DNA of 64,000 bases from Trichosphaerium sp. ATCC 40318. Its lineage: Eukaryota > Protista > Tubulinea. Below, in pieces: positions 37,472 through 50,620 of this stretch. Position 1 is the stretch's first letter; each line of letters opens with the position of its first letter. The stretch lies in NCBI GenBank assembly GCA_038496445.1, contig JALMLS010000488.1, forward strand, positions 124,001 through 188,000, read 5' to 3'. The position numbers and the translations under genes were made by a program. The notes under the pieces are model-generated. The model was not told the DNA's origin and ran no database searches. It saw only the letters and a program-made list of their open reading frames with translations.

Positions 37472-39353
37472 TAGAATTGACATAAATTATCAGTCATTAC
37501 AACCTCTGATTTCAGGAATTGCGTGGATCGACGAAAAAGATTATCGATAATCCCATTTTTTTGCTGTATTCAAAATCGTGTATCAAGAAAAGCTCAAGCG
37601 CATAGCAAATGTTGCTTCATTAGATTACACCATGTGAAGGAGGTGGCATACAGAACTCTATGGTTACAGGTAAAGATACAACATAAATCCGAATCAATGT
37701 GGCTGTTCGTTTATTTTCTGAAGCAACATCCGCTATGGCATAGCAAGATAGTTGTGATCGTCTTTGGCTTGGTCTAAAAGAGCACTCTGACTTACGTCCT
37801 TACTATCGTGAACAGGCGTTACAATCCTTATTGTATACAAATTCCCCTTCTCTATAACTTGGCGTACGCGCTCAACATCAAGTATTCTCTTAAAATAGTC
37901 TCGCAATTGTACAGTATGAATATTGTCAAGTGCTTTGACAAATGTTGGCGTTTTTCTAAGTGACAGTAAGAAAAGAAAGACACCTATAGTAGGTACTTAC
38001 ACTCGAAACAAACACACTACATCTTGCCAATTGTTTTCATAGTTAACATAGTCGTCTGCACCATTCGAGTAAACAATAGTTATACCAAATGTTTGAGCAC
38101 ACAAATTTATGCGTTCTTTGTAACATTTAACTATTGAAGATTCCTGAGCGAGTATTCCCTTCCAAAGGATATTAACAGATTGTGCCCACAACCTTTCCTC
38201 TACAATAAACGTTAATCTTCTTAAGCAGATACAACCACATACGATAGGTTGTAAAGTACCACCACTTTCCATAGACTGCCCTTTCATAATAATTCTCATG
38301 GCTCGCCTCCCAAGAAACAACTACTTTCACTGCAGAGAAATCATCTTCAGGTACTATTGTTACACCCTAGACATGTAATTTAGCGTCATGATTTACTGTT
38401 GGTAGTTACCAAGTCGTATTTGGCGCTTCCAAAATAATTTGTCGTTACTTCTTGACCATGTACTTGGTAAAGATACTCAGCACCATCTGTGAAATTAAGC
38501 TCACAAGACAGTTGGCCTACACGTGCCTACAAACATGGTTAATTACAAGTTAGTAATATAGGCGTACACTGTTTTCTATGATGGGTACAAAAGTTTTCCA
38601 CAAGTTTTCTACAAACTTTAATTGGGCTAGCATACCAGCCATCTGGACATTGTAACCTAACAAAGTTGTCACTTAATAAGTAAATGTGATATAGTTAACG
38701 CACTCGTAATCTTTTTCAACCAATCAATTTTGACGTTAAGAAAATCCATAGCAAAATACAACTCCGCAGGCGTACAAGTTACTTTTTTAGGAATAACCTG
38801 AAAATTCATGTAACTGACAATAGTAGGTATTTGTTTTTCAACTGCTCTAATTAATTTTGTTATAAACGTCAACGTAAATGTCGACTTTCACGAGAATGTG
38901 TCGCAGGTTTGTAAACTATTACGCCTTAGAAAGCTATTCTAGCAATTAGAGAGCTAGTAGAATAATCTTAAGCGAAGGCGAAATAAAAACTGTGCGAGTT
39001 TTTCTGTGCTGTTTGATCCCACGTGTTTGGTTTTTCAGCGTTTAGGGCAGAAAACTCGCTACAGTTGTGTATCCCTTTCGACGCTTTCTCGTGAAACCGG
39101 ACGTATGTTTTACTAGTATCAATCAACATTGATTTTCAACGTACACATCGATTACTATTTCTCCAACCCCATTAACTGTTCGTGACATCGTTGATGAATT
39201 TCGGTACGACAAATCGAAAACCGAGTTTGGATGCCTTTCTATAGCCTCATGCGACAGCACAAAGCTTGTTTCACCACATTTGAACTTTATGGTTTGTTTA
39301 TGTTCTTCATTCCGTACAGATAGTTTTCTTTTCTTTGCTTTTGGTTCAGTCAT
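37472..39353 (-). CDS. BTB/POZ-domain protein B (divergent paralog); 3' end approximate
   Basis: MTEPKAKKRKL; IKFKCGETSFVLSHEAIERHPNSVF; ELYFAMDFLNV. Confidence 0.7.
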
Positions 39354-39505
39354 ATTGAAATAATGAAATAATTACACAACTACGTCAAGAAAAGTATGCC
39401 ACTTATCAATCAAGAATTGTGGGACAATACACAACAGGTTGATGAATCAAATAGTTGTTATACTTTCAGTACATACTAATTTGGACCACTATTAATTGAT
39501 TAATT
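39353..39505. repeat. right copy of the inverted repeat, in the divergent promoter of BTB-B/BTB-A'
   Basis: Reverse complement of 35332-35485; abuts the BTB-B ATG. Confidence 0.9.
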
Positions 39506-39654
39506 AAAACAGTTTTTTGCAATTGCAGTGATGAACAAAACCCAGCTCAAAAGAAAACGTCTTAGCTTTCAATCAGCTATTTGGCGCACTAAAACGTACT
39601 AAAGGTCAACTGCTTTCTGCAAGCATATTATTGCAGTAAATTTACAGTGCCACA

Positions 39655-41078
39655 ATGTCTGAATTTCAAAAAAAGAAAAGAAAACTAAATCCGAATACTA
39701 CAAAAAGAGAAACTACTGAAAAACAGTTTAAATGTGGTGATTTTCGTTTCTCGCTTTCGGAGAAGCTTCTTAACATGTATTCAACTTCTCTTTTTGCATC
39801 TAAAATGCATTTTGAATCATTACAAGATAATTCAACTTCAACGACAGTTTTGGAGGACTGTACGTACGTGAAATGAATTTCAGACACTATTAACAGTTTT
39901 TAACGACTTTCCAAAACCAGGCATTCAAAACATCTCCCGATAATTTTGAAATTGATGAGAAACGAAGAAATCACAAGTATCGAGGATGGTGCAGCGTTGT
40001 GGTTTGCAGCAGAATACTATGGCATACCCATTGATTGGGAACACCTAAATATGCCATACGGCACGTGTACTAAACACCACTTAAACTGACTGCCCAATAG
40101 CAAGTAAGTTGCCAATCATGGTTGTTACAAGTATTCTAGCAAAAATACAAGTTTTGTGGGAAGATTTACAAATTACATTGCGTGGCTATGTAAGAAAGTA
40201 GATGAGAGTTTTCACTAACATGTGCAAGGCAAAAAATGGTTACAACAAACACAATTTATGTCCTGCAATGGCTGATGCAGATCGTAATGGCCCATTTTTG
40301 AGGACAGAGATGGGAAGAGCTGCATTGGCAAAGTACTTTAAACACTGTAACTTGGTAAGTACTTGAGACATCAATTCACTGACTGATTTGAACCAAGCAC
40401 CATACATTTACAAAAGATGAAAACGGCAAGAATCATCTGACAATTCTTTGGACTGACAATGATGTTGGTCCTGAAGTTGTTAAGGAAAGATGTATGGATG
40501 CAATAACAGGGAAGAAGTGGGATTATGCCAGCTTGAGTATGGCGTTTTTTTACACTATAAATTTCCTTAGTTTGTTTGTCTAGCGGAAGAGTTATGGGCT
40601 TCTTCACAATATTCAAGGTGGGGATATTTATACCGTGATAAGGATAGTATACAGGAAGCTTATGTCAACGCTGCAAAGATAGGTGCACAAGTGTTTATTG
40701 TATTGTACCATGCAAAAGCTGCGGGAAAGCCAGAGATGTACCACAATTACCTGATAACTCGCAGGTATTGAAAGAATATGCCTATCTTTGTTAAGCCTAA
40801 GTGTTGTAGGTCCGACCGCAGCTGTAGTGTTAAGTCACTAATAGAAGATGACCAAGGAAGAAAAAAGCTAGCACACCTTTTGTGCACGTTATTGGAATTA
40901 GCAGTATGTGGGTTCATATTGTTTTTTTGTGTTTTGACCTGTGTTTGTGTTTCAGAGTTTCGTTGAAGAAAAGATACTGAGTGAACATACAATTGCGATT
41001 ACATTATCAATGCCACCTGTCAAGGAAATTATGTTTGATGAGTACTTACCAATATATCTTTCACCATACAATCGATGA
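39655..41078 (+). CDS. BTB/POZ-domain protein A' (inverted duplicate of A)
   Basis: Same exon-intron structure as, and high nucleotide identity to, 35881-37387. Confidence 0.8.
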
Positions 41079-41335
41079 TAACAATACCTTTACATGGGAA
41101 GTTCACTGCTTTATTAAGCAAAGATTCTGAAGGCATACTAAAGCTAGAGATGGTAGCTTTCTACAATCCAACACTTTAAAACTTTTGGTTTGCACTTGAT
41201 ACGCAAAGAAGTTTAAGGCAATTGGGTATGCGATTTATCTTGTTTATGTAATACATACAACGTAAACGAAGCACTAAAAATAGTACACAAGAAAAAGACA
41301 ACCAAAGTAAAACAACACGATTCTTTTCAATTCTT

Positions 41336-43226
41336 TCAAGTTCTGTTCCAAAAGTAGGTTGTGACATATATCATTGGTATGGTAGTCCATACCATCATAC
41401 TTGATCCTAATACACCTAAGCCAGCTATATTTATCACTTTAATAAGTGAAGGGCCTAGTGTAATTAAGACAAACTTGACTAGTCCTTCAATTGCTGTAAC
41501 CGCTCCTGTAACACTTCCAGGAGACTTAGGAGCAAATGTCATTGCAAACGTGATTTGTCCTAACAATTGATTATGAGTACTTTATTCAGCATGTAAAATC
41601 GTTTAACACGCACCTATATACATGCCAATGAATCCGAACCCACAAACAAATACTGCAAATTGACTGAGTGCAAAACTACCATGGTACATTGCGAACCTAT
41701 TCGAAAGTTCAGCAACAAGTTTGACTTTACAATAAAAGCTGTTGTTTCTCGTTACCCGAATATTACAGTACCAGCGATGAAGATATAAGATGCTAAGTAT
41801 TAGGTTATTAAAAAACCTGGAAGGCAACAGCACGTGCCTACTACTGAGTAAAGTACGCGACCGCCTCGTTTTTTCCATTTCGCTCCAAAGTCAGCTAGCA
41901 ATCCACCTGCCACCATTCCCACTAAACTGAAGAAATATATAAGCTCTTGTATACGTATACATTAAAATCATAACTTACACTCCAATTCCTAATGGTACTA
42001 ATGCAACACCAATTTCACTAGGTGTTTTGTTGAACGGTTCATCAGCAAGAAGTTTCTAAGCAAACAATTAAACAACTGGCGTGTTTCGGACTAATTGAAG
42101 TGAAGATGAAGCAATCTTAATTAATCAGTGCTACTAAGCCTCATACGTACCGAAAAAAGGAAGACAAGTAGAGAAAAACTTGCAGAGATTGTTGCTACCA
42201 TAATAGCAGAAAAAGGAATAGGTAAGACTATTAGGTAATGCAACGCTGATAGCATTTTATACATGCATTTCTGTGGATTCTTCTTTTCTTTCAATGTCTT
42301 TTCCATAAATATAAGTATCACAATAAACGTGACAGCACATAAAGCAGTATAGCACTAGCAAGGTTAGCAACAAAGCAAAAAACATATTCGAGAACAATAG
42401 CAATTGAAAAAAAGACGAACATAGAAAAAGGAGTGCCATCCAAAGTGATTGACAAGAAAACCTAGTATGTACGAATAAGAAGAGATAATGATAACAAAAA
42501 ACACGTGCCAGCAAATATCGGTCCGACTAGTGGTCCAACCAGAGGTACAATTGCAATAATTGCCTTTAGTAAAAAAATCACTTGACAGCTTTTTTGGGTT
42601 TCGAAGAACGTACAACCACTACACCTCGTTTGGCTGGATCAAACACATCTGATATAACACCAAATACAACAGCAGAAACCGAACTCAAACCAAGTAAAAA
42701 TATTACACGTGCTATAATAAGTACAATCACGTGATTTGCAAAACTATAGCACATGGTATCAGTATTCATTGTATTTACGCACACAGTACGCTTTTTACTC
42801 ACCTCGCCATCAAAGAAGAGCCGCATCCAATAGCAACCAATATCAAGAAAATGAGTTTTCTTCCAAATCTGTCGGACAAAGGTCCCCAAAGGAAAGGTCC
42901 GATACCTTGCGTTTTTTTGTCAGATTACGGCTATTTTTGTTTAATGTACCTGCTGCTACGTTTGGTAGAGACACTGTTAGCGCTATTTCTGTGTCTGTAG
43001 CGTTCAAATCTTGCTGTACAGCATGTAACGATGTCAAATACGACGGACCGGCGCTTGCGTATATAAAACCGGGTAAAGACACTAAAAAGAGTAGTTTTAT
43101 AGCTCGAAGTGAATAAAGCTTCATGTAATTGTTGCTAGGGTCTGTAATTTCGGCATCATCGACAGCAACAAGCTCTACAGGTTCATTTAATGCTAGCAGT
43201 TCCTCTGCATCTGCGTCTTGATCCAT
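41336..43226 (-). CDS. MFS transporter (DHA1-like drug:H+ antiporter)
   Basis: PFLWGPLSDRFGR (motif A), VISDVFDPAKRG, VGPLVGPIFAGFLVNHFGWHSFF (motif C), GGLLADFG. Confidence 0.88.
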
Positions 43227-43463
43227 TGCAGCAAAAATACCGTCGTTTAACTTAGTTGACCGATTTAACAACGCTACGTTCCTTCTTGCGCAAAGCAGGT
43301 GCGAGACTAAATTATTCTTGGCGGTTAAAACCAGGTTTAACCACATATACGTATTTAATCTTACTATCGCGTTTATTGCGCTGTAAATCATCTAAAACGA
43401 ACACTTTTCCATCTGTTTATCGTATTAATATCATTGCAGAGCCTAAAAAGGACGATAAATAAA

Positions 43464-44365
43464 ATGGATAACATATCTGAGTTTCCTGTCGAGATATTAT
43501 GTCGTATCTTCGGGTTTCTGTCTTCTACTCGATATTCTATTGTATCAACATGTAGTCTATTCGCAGACATCATACACAAACACGTGGGTTACGCAGTAGC
43601 ATATATTAAATCTAAAAAAGATATTGTCAATATTCTAAAGCACAAAGTTCACCTAAGACGAACTGCAATGGACTTAACCTTCTCTCCTGTACTAGGTGAA
43701 GATGTTAAGATGCTCTCAGGTATTCATACAGTTTATTTGGGTTGGGTTAGAGGTATTACAGACAGTGTACTTGAAGCACTGGCGGGTGTTCATACTATAA
43801 ATATAAGTAGTTGTAAAGAGATAACAGACGAAGGTATTAAGGCAATTGCAGGAGCACATACAGTTATTATGCCATGTTGTAAGCAAATTACAAATGAAGG
43901 CATTGTAGCTCTTGCTGGTGTCTATGAGATTGATTTATATAGTTGCTACTTAGTATCAGATAGAGGAATACAAGCTCTTTCTGGTGTTCATAAAATAAGG
44001 CTTGGTTACCAATCAATAACAGATGTAGGCATTCATTCACTTGCAGGTGTACGCCCAAACAACATAAATCTCTGAAAATCATGTCACGTGTTTTTTTTGA
44101 AAGACCAGTTAAACAGTTTTTGATTAAGAACGCCTAGGTGCATGAAATAACAATAGAGCGTTTGCTAGTAACAGATATTGGTATCACATATCTTGGAGAT
44201 GGTGGTGTAAAGGCTATTAAAATAATTGGTAGCGATTTGATAACAGACAATGCATTGAAATCACTTGTGAATGCTAGAACTGTTGTGCTTGAAAAATGTG
44301 ATAACATCACACAAGACGGACTAAACGTTCTTGTTGGTGTTAACGTTCAAGCTAGTCTAAAATAA
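43464..44365 (+). CDS. F-box/LRR-repeat protein with one intron (44049-44137)
   Basis: MDNISEFPVEILCRIF; ITDEGIKAIAGAHTV-type repeats; phase-0 GT-AG intron joins GGT|GTG. Confidence 0.85.
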
Positions 44366-45190
44366 AATATACAACTTATGTTTGACACTTGCAGTCCTAG
44401 TAGAAACAATCGAACCAAAAGCACAGGTTATTTTGAGGTAGCAACAAAAGATTTCTTTTTTGGAAAGGTTTGTTTTGTTGCATTTATTTCTGCAATTCTG
44501 CTAGTTTTTTTGCAATTTACGTTGTTGCCTAACATGAGTTAAGTTTTTCAGAATACACGTTCTCGCATTAAACTTTGTACTCCATTTCGCGAACATTTGT
44601 ATTGTAAATAAACCACACGCTTGCCCTGCGCTAGAGCTATGTGTCAGGGACAGATGTATTCCTCTCTGTTTTCGCTGTTCTTGATCGGTATAGAGGTCTG
44701 ATCTGATAGACTTTATGATCATAATCAGCTACAAACAATGACCAAAAAACTAGTTCTTTAGATCATATTAGGAACCAGGAAAGCAAGGATTAGATTGTGA
44801 ATCTACGGCACAAAAACTACACTACGCCAGTATTTTTAATTGAACAAGAATTAATAATCCTTGTTGTTGCGATATTCAGTGGAGGTATAGAAACACGTCA
44901 AGAATTTCGACGATCCAGGTTGTACGTTATTATCAAATCATCGGAGCACCAAATGATTGGTGTACAGGCAAGCTTTGTGACGAAGAGTAAATACCATCAA
45001 CAGGCTGTTTTTTGTTGATGGATTTACAATCAGAATAATTTGCGGACTTGTTGATATTCAAGCTCTGTTCAGGGAGGTATCCTTGAAAAAACAAAAGTAT
45101 ACGCGTTTGTATGATACATTAGTTTATTTACATTGTCATTGTTATACATAGAAGACCACTTTTTAATCGCGTAGTTTTTTTTGTTCTCGT

Positions 45191-45556
45191 TCAGTTTAAA
45201 ACAAACTGTATCGACATGTGTGCTATTGTGTGGTAGTTTAGGTTTACTGTAGTTGTTCCCCACGGTACCATTTTACTCTCTTTAATATTCATTAGCGTCG
45301 TAGAGGTAGAGCGGCCGTCCTCGTCGAGAAAATCTGCTGGAAACTTGTATTCATTAATATTCGCATTTTTTCTGTATAGGGGAATAGCATGTTGTAATTG
45401 ATACTTTCTTCTCTTTGTCACGTGTTTAAATCGGTTCTTTAGAGGTACGGATAATGTGTGGAAATGAAGCGGTTTATCATTCTTATTGTTAGTCTTCTTA
45501 TTCTTTCTGTTCTTATTGGCGTAGAAAATAAAGACTTTTTCTTGTAGATGTTCCAT
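45191..45556 (-). CDS. hypothetical intronless basic ORF
   Basis: 121-aa ATG ORF only; no recognisable motif. Confidence 0.25.
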   Translation of the reverse strand: MEHLQEKVFIFYANKNRKNKKTNNKNDKPLHFHTLSVPLKNRFKHVTKRRKYQLQHAIPLYRKNANINEYKFPADFLDEDGRSTSTTLMNIKESKMVPWGTTTVNLNYHTIAHMSIQFVLN

Positions 45557-46389
45557 TGGAGATATGTTGCTTCAGTGTTTTGATAAAAGTTGAATGGAAT
45601 TTTGAATACCGCACAACCACAGTGGTTGTGATTGATTAAAAAAAACAGCTACAAATAGCTTAGAATCTCATTCAATTACCTTGAGACTAGCCTAGCACTC
45701 TGCGGAGTTGAATCGAGGTGCTAAAGTAGTGTATTCAAAGAACAACGGTAGGTTGTGTCTCTCGCAACGTCTCGCATGCGCCAAATGTAGGAAATTGTAT
45801 ATTATCGCGTTACAGGCGGTTTTAGATGCTAAGGGCCAAACAGCGAATTTTCTCCCAGACACACGTGAAAAGTACAAAAATACCAAAACTTACCTGACGA
45901 AAGATATGAACCTCTGTTAATGTCGCCTTGCACGTATAGTAAACGGGAAGTTTGGTAAGAATTATTAAGTGAAACAGGTTTGTGCATGTGATTTTTATCA
46001 CGCAGCATCCCGTCACATTCCAACTCTAAGGCTAGTACGTAAAAGTAATTGTACATATTCACGTAACATAGGCTGCCTCTCTTCGATTTAACACCAGTGC
46101 AATGTTCATAAAACCGTATCAACTTGTTGCTATAATTGCAGGTATTATTAAAATATCGTACACTACGCCACTTACCATCGCTAGCTTCTCAACATCGAAC
46201 CAAGTCGCGTCCAAGTAAAAACATTCATAGCACTTGAAAAAAAAAAGGGGAGTCAAGTACACGTGATTTCAAACGTGTACAGGTTGTGATTATGTACGCT
46301 ACTGGCATTAAGCGTTTACACGTCATCGATAGACATCTACCTTAGCACTAACTTAACAGCATTCACAAAACAAATATTTGTATTTCGAA

Positions 46390-47113
46390 ATGTTGATAAC
46401 TGCGTTTTACGGCTCTATTCTGGCGGTTTATTGTATCCGTTTAATTTTCCGTATTATTAGCTACAGACTGGGCTACCACATACACATTGGTATCTACTTT
46501 TGTTTGTTTACGTACTAATACTCTACCAATAAGGTGATGGGACTATAGAGATGCTTTCTGAGACATTTAAAAAGGATGAAGGGTTTAAAGAAGGAAAAAT
46601 ACCTGCCAGCGTGTTAGAAAAGTACGGAGGGCTTCAAAAAAGCATACGTAGCCATGGTAATTTCATTGAGTGCGTGTTTGTACGCGTATAGGTGAAAGGG
46701 CTTATTACCTGAACTAGGACTGTTCCAATTTTTCTCGCCATGTTAGGGTTCTTTGAGGTTTATGGTGAATCTAGATTTCCTAAGATATCTGTACACGTTT
46801 GGTGAGTAACAATCTTTGGTTTTTTTTTTTGTGAAATCACGTGAACGCATGAACTCCTTTTTTTGATATTTATCAATAGTGGCGCCCTATTTGTTCTTGG
46901 ACGTATACTTCATTCAGAAGTTGGATTGATGGGTCCTAAAGCAAGAGGTTGGGGTAAGTACAAAATTTATTGCAAAAAAATTAGTCACGTTTTAATAATT
47001 CCTTTTCAGGTCGCCCTGTAGGCGTTGTACTCACGCTTTTACTTATATTGGGTCTCGGCATGACGAATATATACTTATGTGTCCAATCTGGCGTTTTAGA
47101 CGACTTGTTGTAA
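46390..47113 (+). CDS. MAPEG-family membrane protein
   Basis: MLITAFYGSILA..., IRSHGNFIE.VPIFL, GALFVLGRILHS, GRPVGVVLT. Confidence 0.85.
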
Positions 47114-47532
47114 CAAGAAAGAAATAAACTTAGCAGAGGAAAAGATGGTCATTTTTGGAACATAACTTGTTCGTTCTGCTTTCGACCTATTGGTTTGTGC
47201 CTTGCAGAGATTGCCCTGCAATTCCGCAATCGTGAACCTTTCTTAGCCTCATTATTTGGTTTATCCAACATCTCTTGTAACTGCAAAGCCAGCTTGCCAC
47301 AAAACTTGTTATTGTTCCTTGACTATGCATGACTTTACAGCGTGTCCACGAAATCCTAAAGTCCTGTAAAATAAGTACTTTGTTACAAAATCATATTAAC
47401 GCAGTACAATGTACTTGCCAAATGTTATAACAGATGAGAGTAGTCTCGTTGGTTATTGTTTTATGAAACTGTTGAAGCTTTGGTTCAAAGAATATTCTTT
47501 TATCCAACAAAAAAAAAGTCCACGTGTAGAAA

Positions 47533-48648
47533 ATGAAGCGCGCTGCCTCTCCACCGCTTGATGAACCTCCTAAAAAGATAAGAAAGCTAACAAATCATTG
47601 TACAGACGCTTTGGAAACACTGTCTGATGATAAACTCCAAGCACAGCTAAACAACTGCCAAGTACCTTTAGAAACACTGTCTGAGAAGATCATAGCACGT
47701 ATTAGCAGTATTTATGCGAAAGAAGTTGTTAAATCAATGTTCGACTTTAACAAGCAGCTTTCGCTACCAAACATCAAGAATAATGCAATGGCAAAAGAAA
47801 AAGTAATAATGGCACTTAAAGCACAAGTAGACACGATCATCTACACCAACAATTTCAAATCTCGTTTTAATGACTGGATAGCATCTATGAGTGAGTTTCT
47901 AAAGAATCCTAAAGACAAAACTACACATTTTCCAGTACCGACTTGTGACAGTCAAGAACAGATAAATCAGCTATTGATTCTTGGTGAAATTGTTGAGGTA
48001 ACACTAGTAGGTATGTAAAACTTTTGAAAACATTAATATTTCAATAAGCAGCTTTCCAACATTACAAGTTTAAATCAAAACAAAAACAAAATTATTTAGT
48101 AGGGTTGACATTACCAGCATACTATCATTTTAAAGAACTATACATCAAACCCAGGCCATAATTATTTTTTTACTCTTCAATGACATAATTGCGCTTATCA
48201 GAATCTCCATTCTGGACCAATACAAGCTTTTGATTTGCGCTTAAACTAGTGTATCATTACTGATCTTTTTGTAGATAAAAACTCAATAAATTTTGGGGGA
48301 AATGAAACTATACATTTTGATATCTTTGCAAGTCTTGGTACAGGACAAGATAAAATAAATATTTATCTTGAAGCTACAGCATGTACTCCCGACAGAGGAC
48401 ATTATTGTAGTCATTTACATTTTTCTACTGACGATGACACAATTTACAGTGACTCCAATGAGTACACAGTCTATGATGAAGAAGGTGGTATTGAAGAAAT
48501 TGTGAAACTTCAGGCAGATGTGTTCAAACTTATTTCACCTCAGCTTGGAAATGATGCAAAAATGGTTTTTACAACAGAACAGTTTCTCACCTTTTTACAC
48601 ATTGTGTTTGACTATGACGGAGACGGTCCTAATTTCTTAGAATTCTAA
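47533..48648 (+). CDS. hypothetical two-exon protein with an N-terminal bipartite NLS-like motif
   Basis: MKRAASPPLDEPPKKIRKL; intron 48011-48274 (GTATGT...TACTGAT...GTAG) joins in frame to an open exon of about 124 codons. Confidence 0.65.
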
Positions 48649-48897
48649 AAAAACCCAAGTCATCTTCCGACATTGCTTTGTGATTGATGTATTGTTGCAT
48701 TATTAAAGGAGACTAATTCAAGCACAAACACTAAACAGGTTGTTCATTGTAACAGACAAGAAATATTTTTCACTCAAAACAACACCAACATTCACTTGTA
48801 CTAGTTTGGCTCATAGACCCGAAAGAGGCAAAGCTTCAATAGAATTGTGGATTAAAATGTAAAAAAAAATGAATAAAAACTAACAATTTTTGTGTTG

Positions 48898-50447
48898 TCA
48901 AGTTGTAGTTGGCTTGTCTGGTATTATGTTATCAACAAGGTCCTCTTCGTTATCCCAACCAGCCATGGTATATACAAACTTTTTTGCAGGTGACAACTCA
49001 GTTGGTAATAAATGACGTTTGTCATCTGTATCTAGAACTAAATCACGAATTTCTTCCCAGCTCTTCTGATGTAATGTTTCAAAGGTTTTTCCTTTTTCAG
49101 CAAGTATTCTCTCTAGTCTGTCACTTGCTTCATCACTTAATGACTCTTTCCAAGCATATCGAGCTAAAGACTTTGAGAAAAAAGAAAGAAAACAAAAGAT
49201 TAAACAAGTCTATGAAAAAAACAAGAAAACTCAAAGTGTACCTTCATAGAAACCTTTATGCATTTGAATCTGAAAATCGAGTGTATCTGATACGTCTCTT
49301 GGTGCACCATAATCTACCACTTTGTATCCGCTGTCCTACAAATAGTGTTACGTTCACAGAAACGTAAACAAAAGGTAAGAAAAAGAACAAAGGTGTACCC
49401 TCTGAGGTACAAGGTAATCGGGAGCCCACAAGTCTTCAGGGTGACCACTCATTAAATTAACAGTTCTAACAAATTCCTCTGATAAACCTAACAATGTAGC
49501 CATTCCGCCCCCAGCTAAAATACTTAACCCAAGAATACGAGGACCTAGCAAAAAAGATTAGTTTTTACGACTGTAACTCTTGTTCTCTATTTTTTTACTA
49601 ACCATAAAAAACACCAAGAGACCCCGCTGCAACTGAACCCGCAACTATGTGATTAAGAGGATCTCTGACCTCTCTTTTATACCACATCAGATTCTTAACT
49701 ACTGAGTACATTCCAATTGTAAGACCTAACAACAAAAAAAATGTCAAAGGTTGGTTTTGTCTTTCATAAAAACACTATCTATCCACGTATGAACTACTTA
49801 CCAAGTCTCAATGTATGCGCAAATACTCTCTTTACAATAGTCATAAGTACAGTTGTATGCCAAAGGTAGTGGCCTAGAAAAGAAACGATTAACTGAAAAA
49901 TCGTCAAAATGTTGACATCAGCTGTCAAAAAAAAAGAGACCATTTCTGTTGCTAGAGGCGCGTTTAAAATTATTTCGTACCATCCATAGTATATCTTGTG
50001 AGCTGAGCTTCTCGTAATAGCTGAGTTGCGCGCGTATTACCCTTAATAAAGTTATTTGTTGTTTATATTACGCTGGCGGCTGTTAACGCACGTCAAACCA
50101 TCCTGTTATGCTACCCCATAATACGCCTGCTCCAATCGTGGCACAAAAGACGTATGACACCTCTTTAAGCTCTTTAGGCATCTAAAATAACGCTGTGAGA
50201 CTTCATTGTTTTCCTAATGTCGTACTTCATCCAGTGCGATTGGTCTTGATTTAGTGGGCGCGTAGGGGTGCTTTACGTTACTGTAATAGTACAATTTATC
50301 CATGTGAAGTCGATTAACCTCTTTAGCGCGGTAACTGTCTGTATTTATGTTAAATTGATGCCTCTATGCGTAGAAAATACCTCTGAGCTTGATCATGTCA
50401 TCTGTTAAGATTGGCTCAATACAATAGTCTAATAACCTCCTAAACAT
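48898..50447 (-). CDS. Tim17/Tim22/Tim23-family mitochondrial membrane protein
   Basis: GAGVLWGSITG; YKREVRDPLNHIVAGSVAAG (PRAT-like); Gly-rich TM helices. Confidence 0.65.
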
Positions 50448-50620
50448 CTCCAATACACTTCAAATAGTCATACACCCCTTCAACTTCCAAACATTGACCT
50501 CACTGAAGAGTATTGACTTAAACACGCCGAAATGCACGCCTTGACCGCCAAAAAACACACGTGTATAAAGCTAATGTATAATGTTTATTGGAAAATCATG
50601 TAACAGAAGTGATATTCTCG

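Noticed and set aside
38487-38526. Apparent GC-AG intron (TAG|GCACGTG) in BTB-B
   Set aside because: The TAG is the acceptor of the preceding intron and the following sequence is an open exon (ARVGQLSCEL...)
35332-39505. Autonomous DNA transposon
   Set aside because: No transposase and no target-site duplication visible
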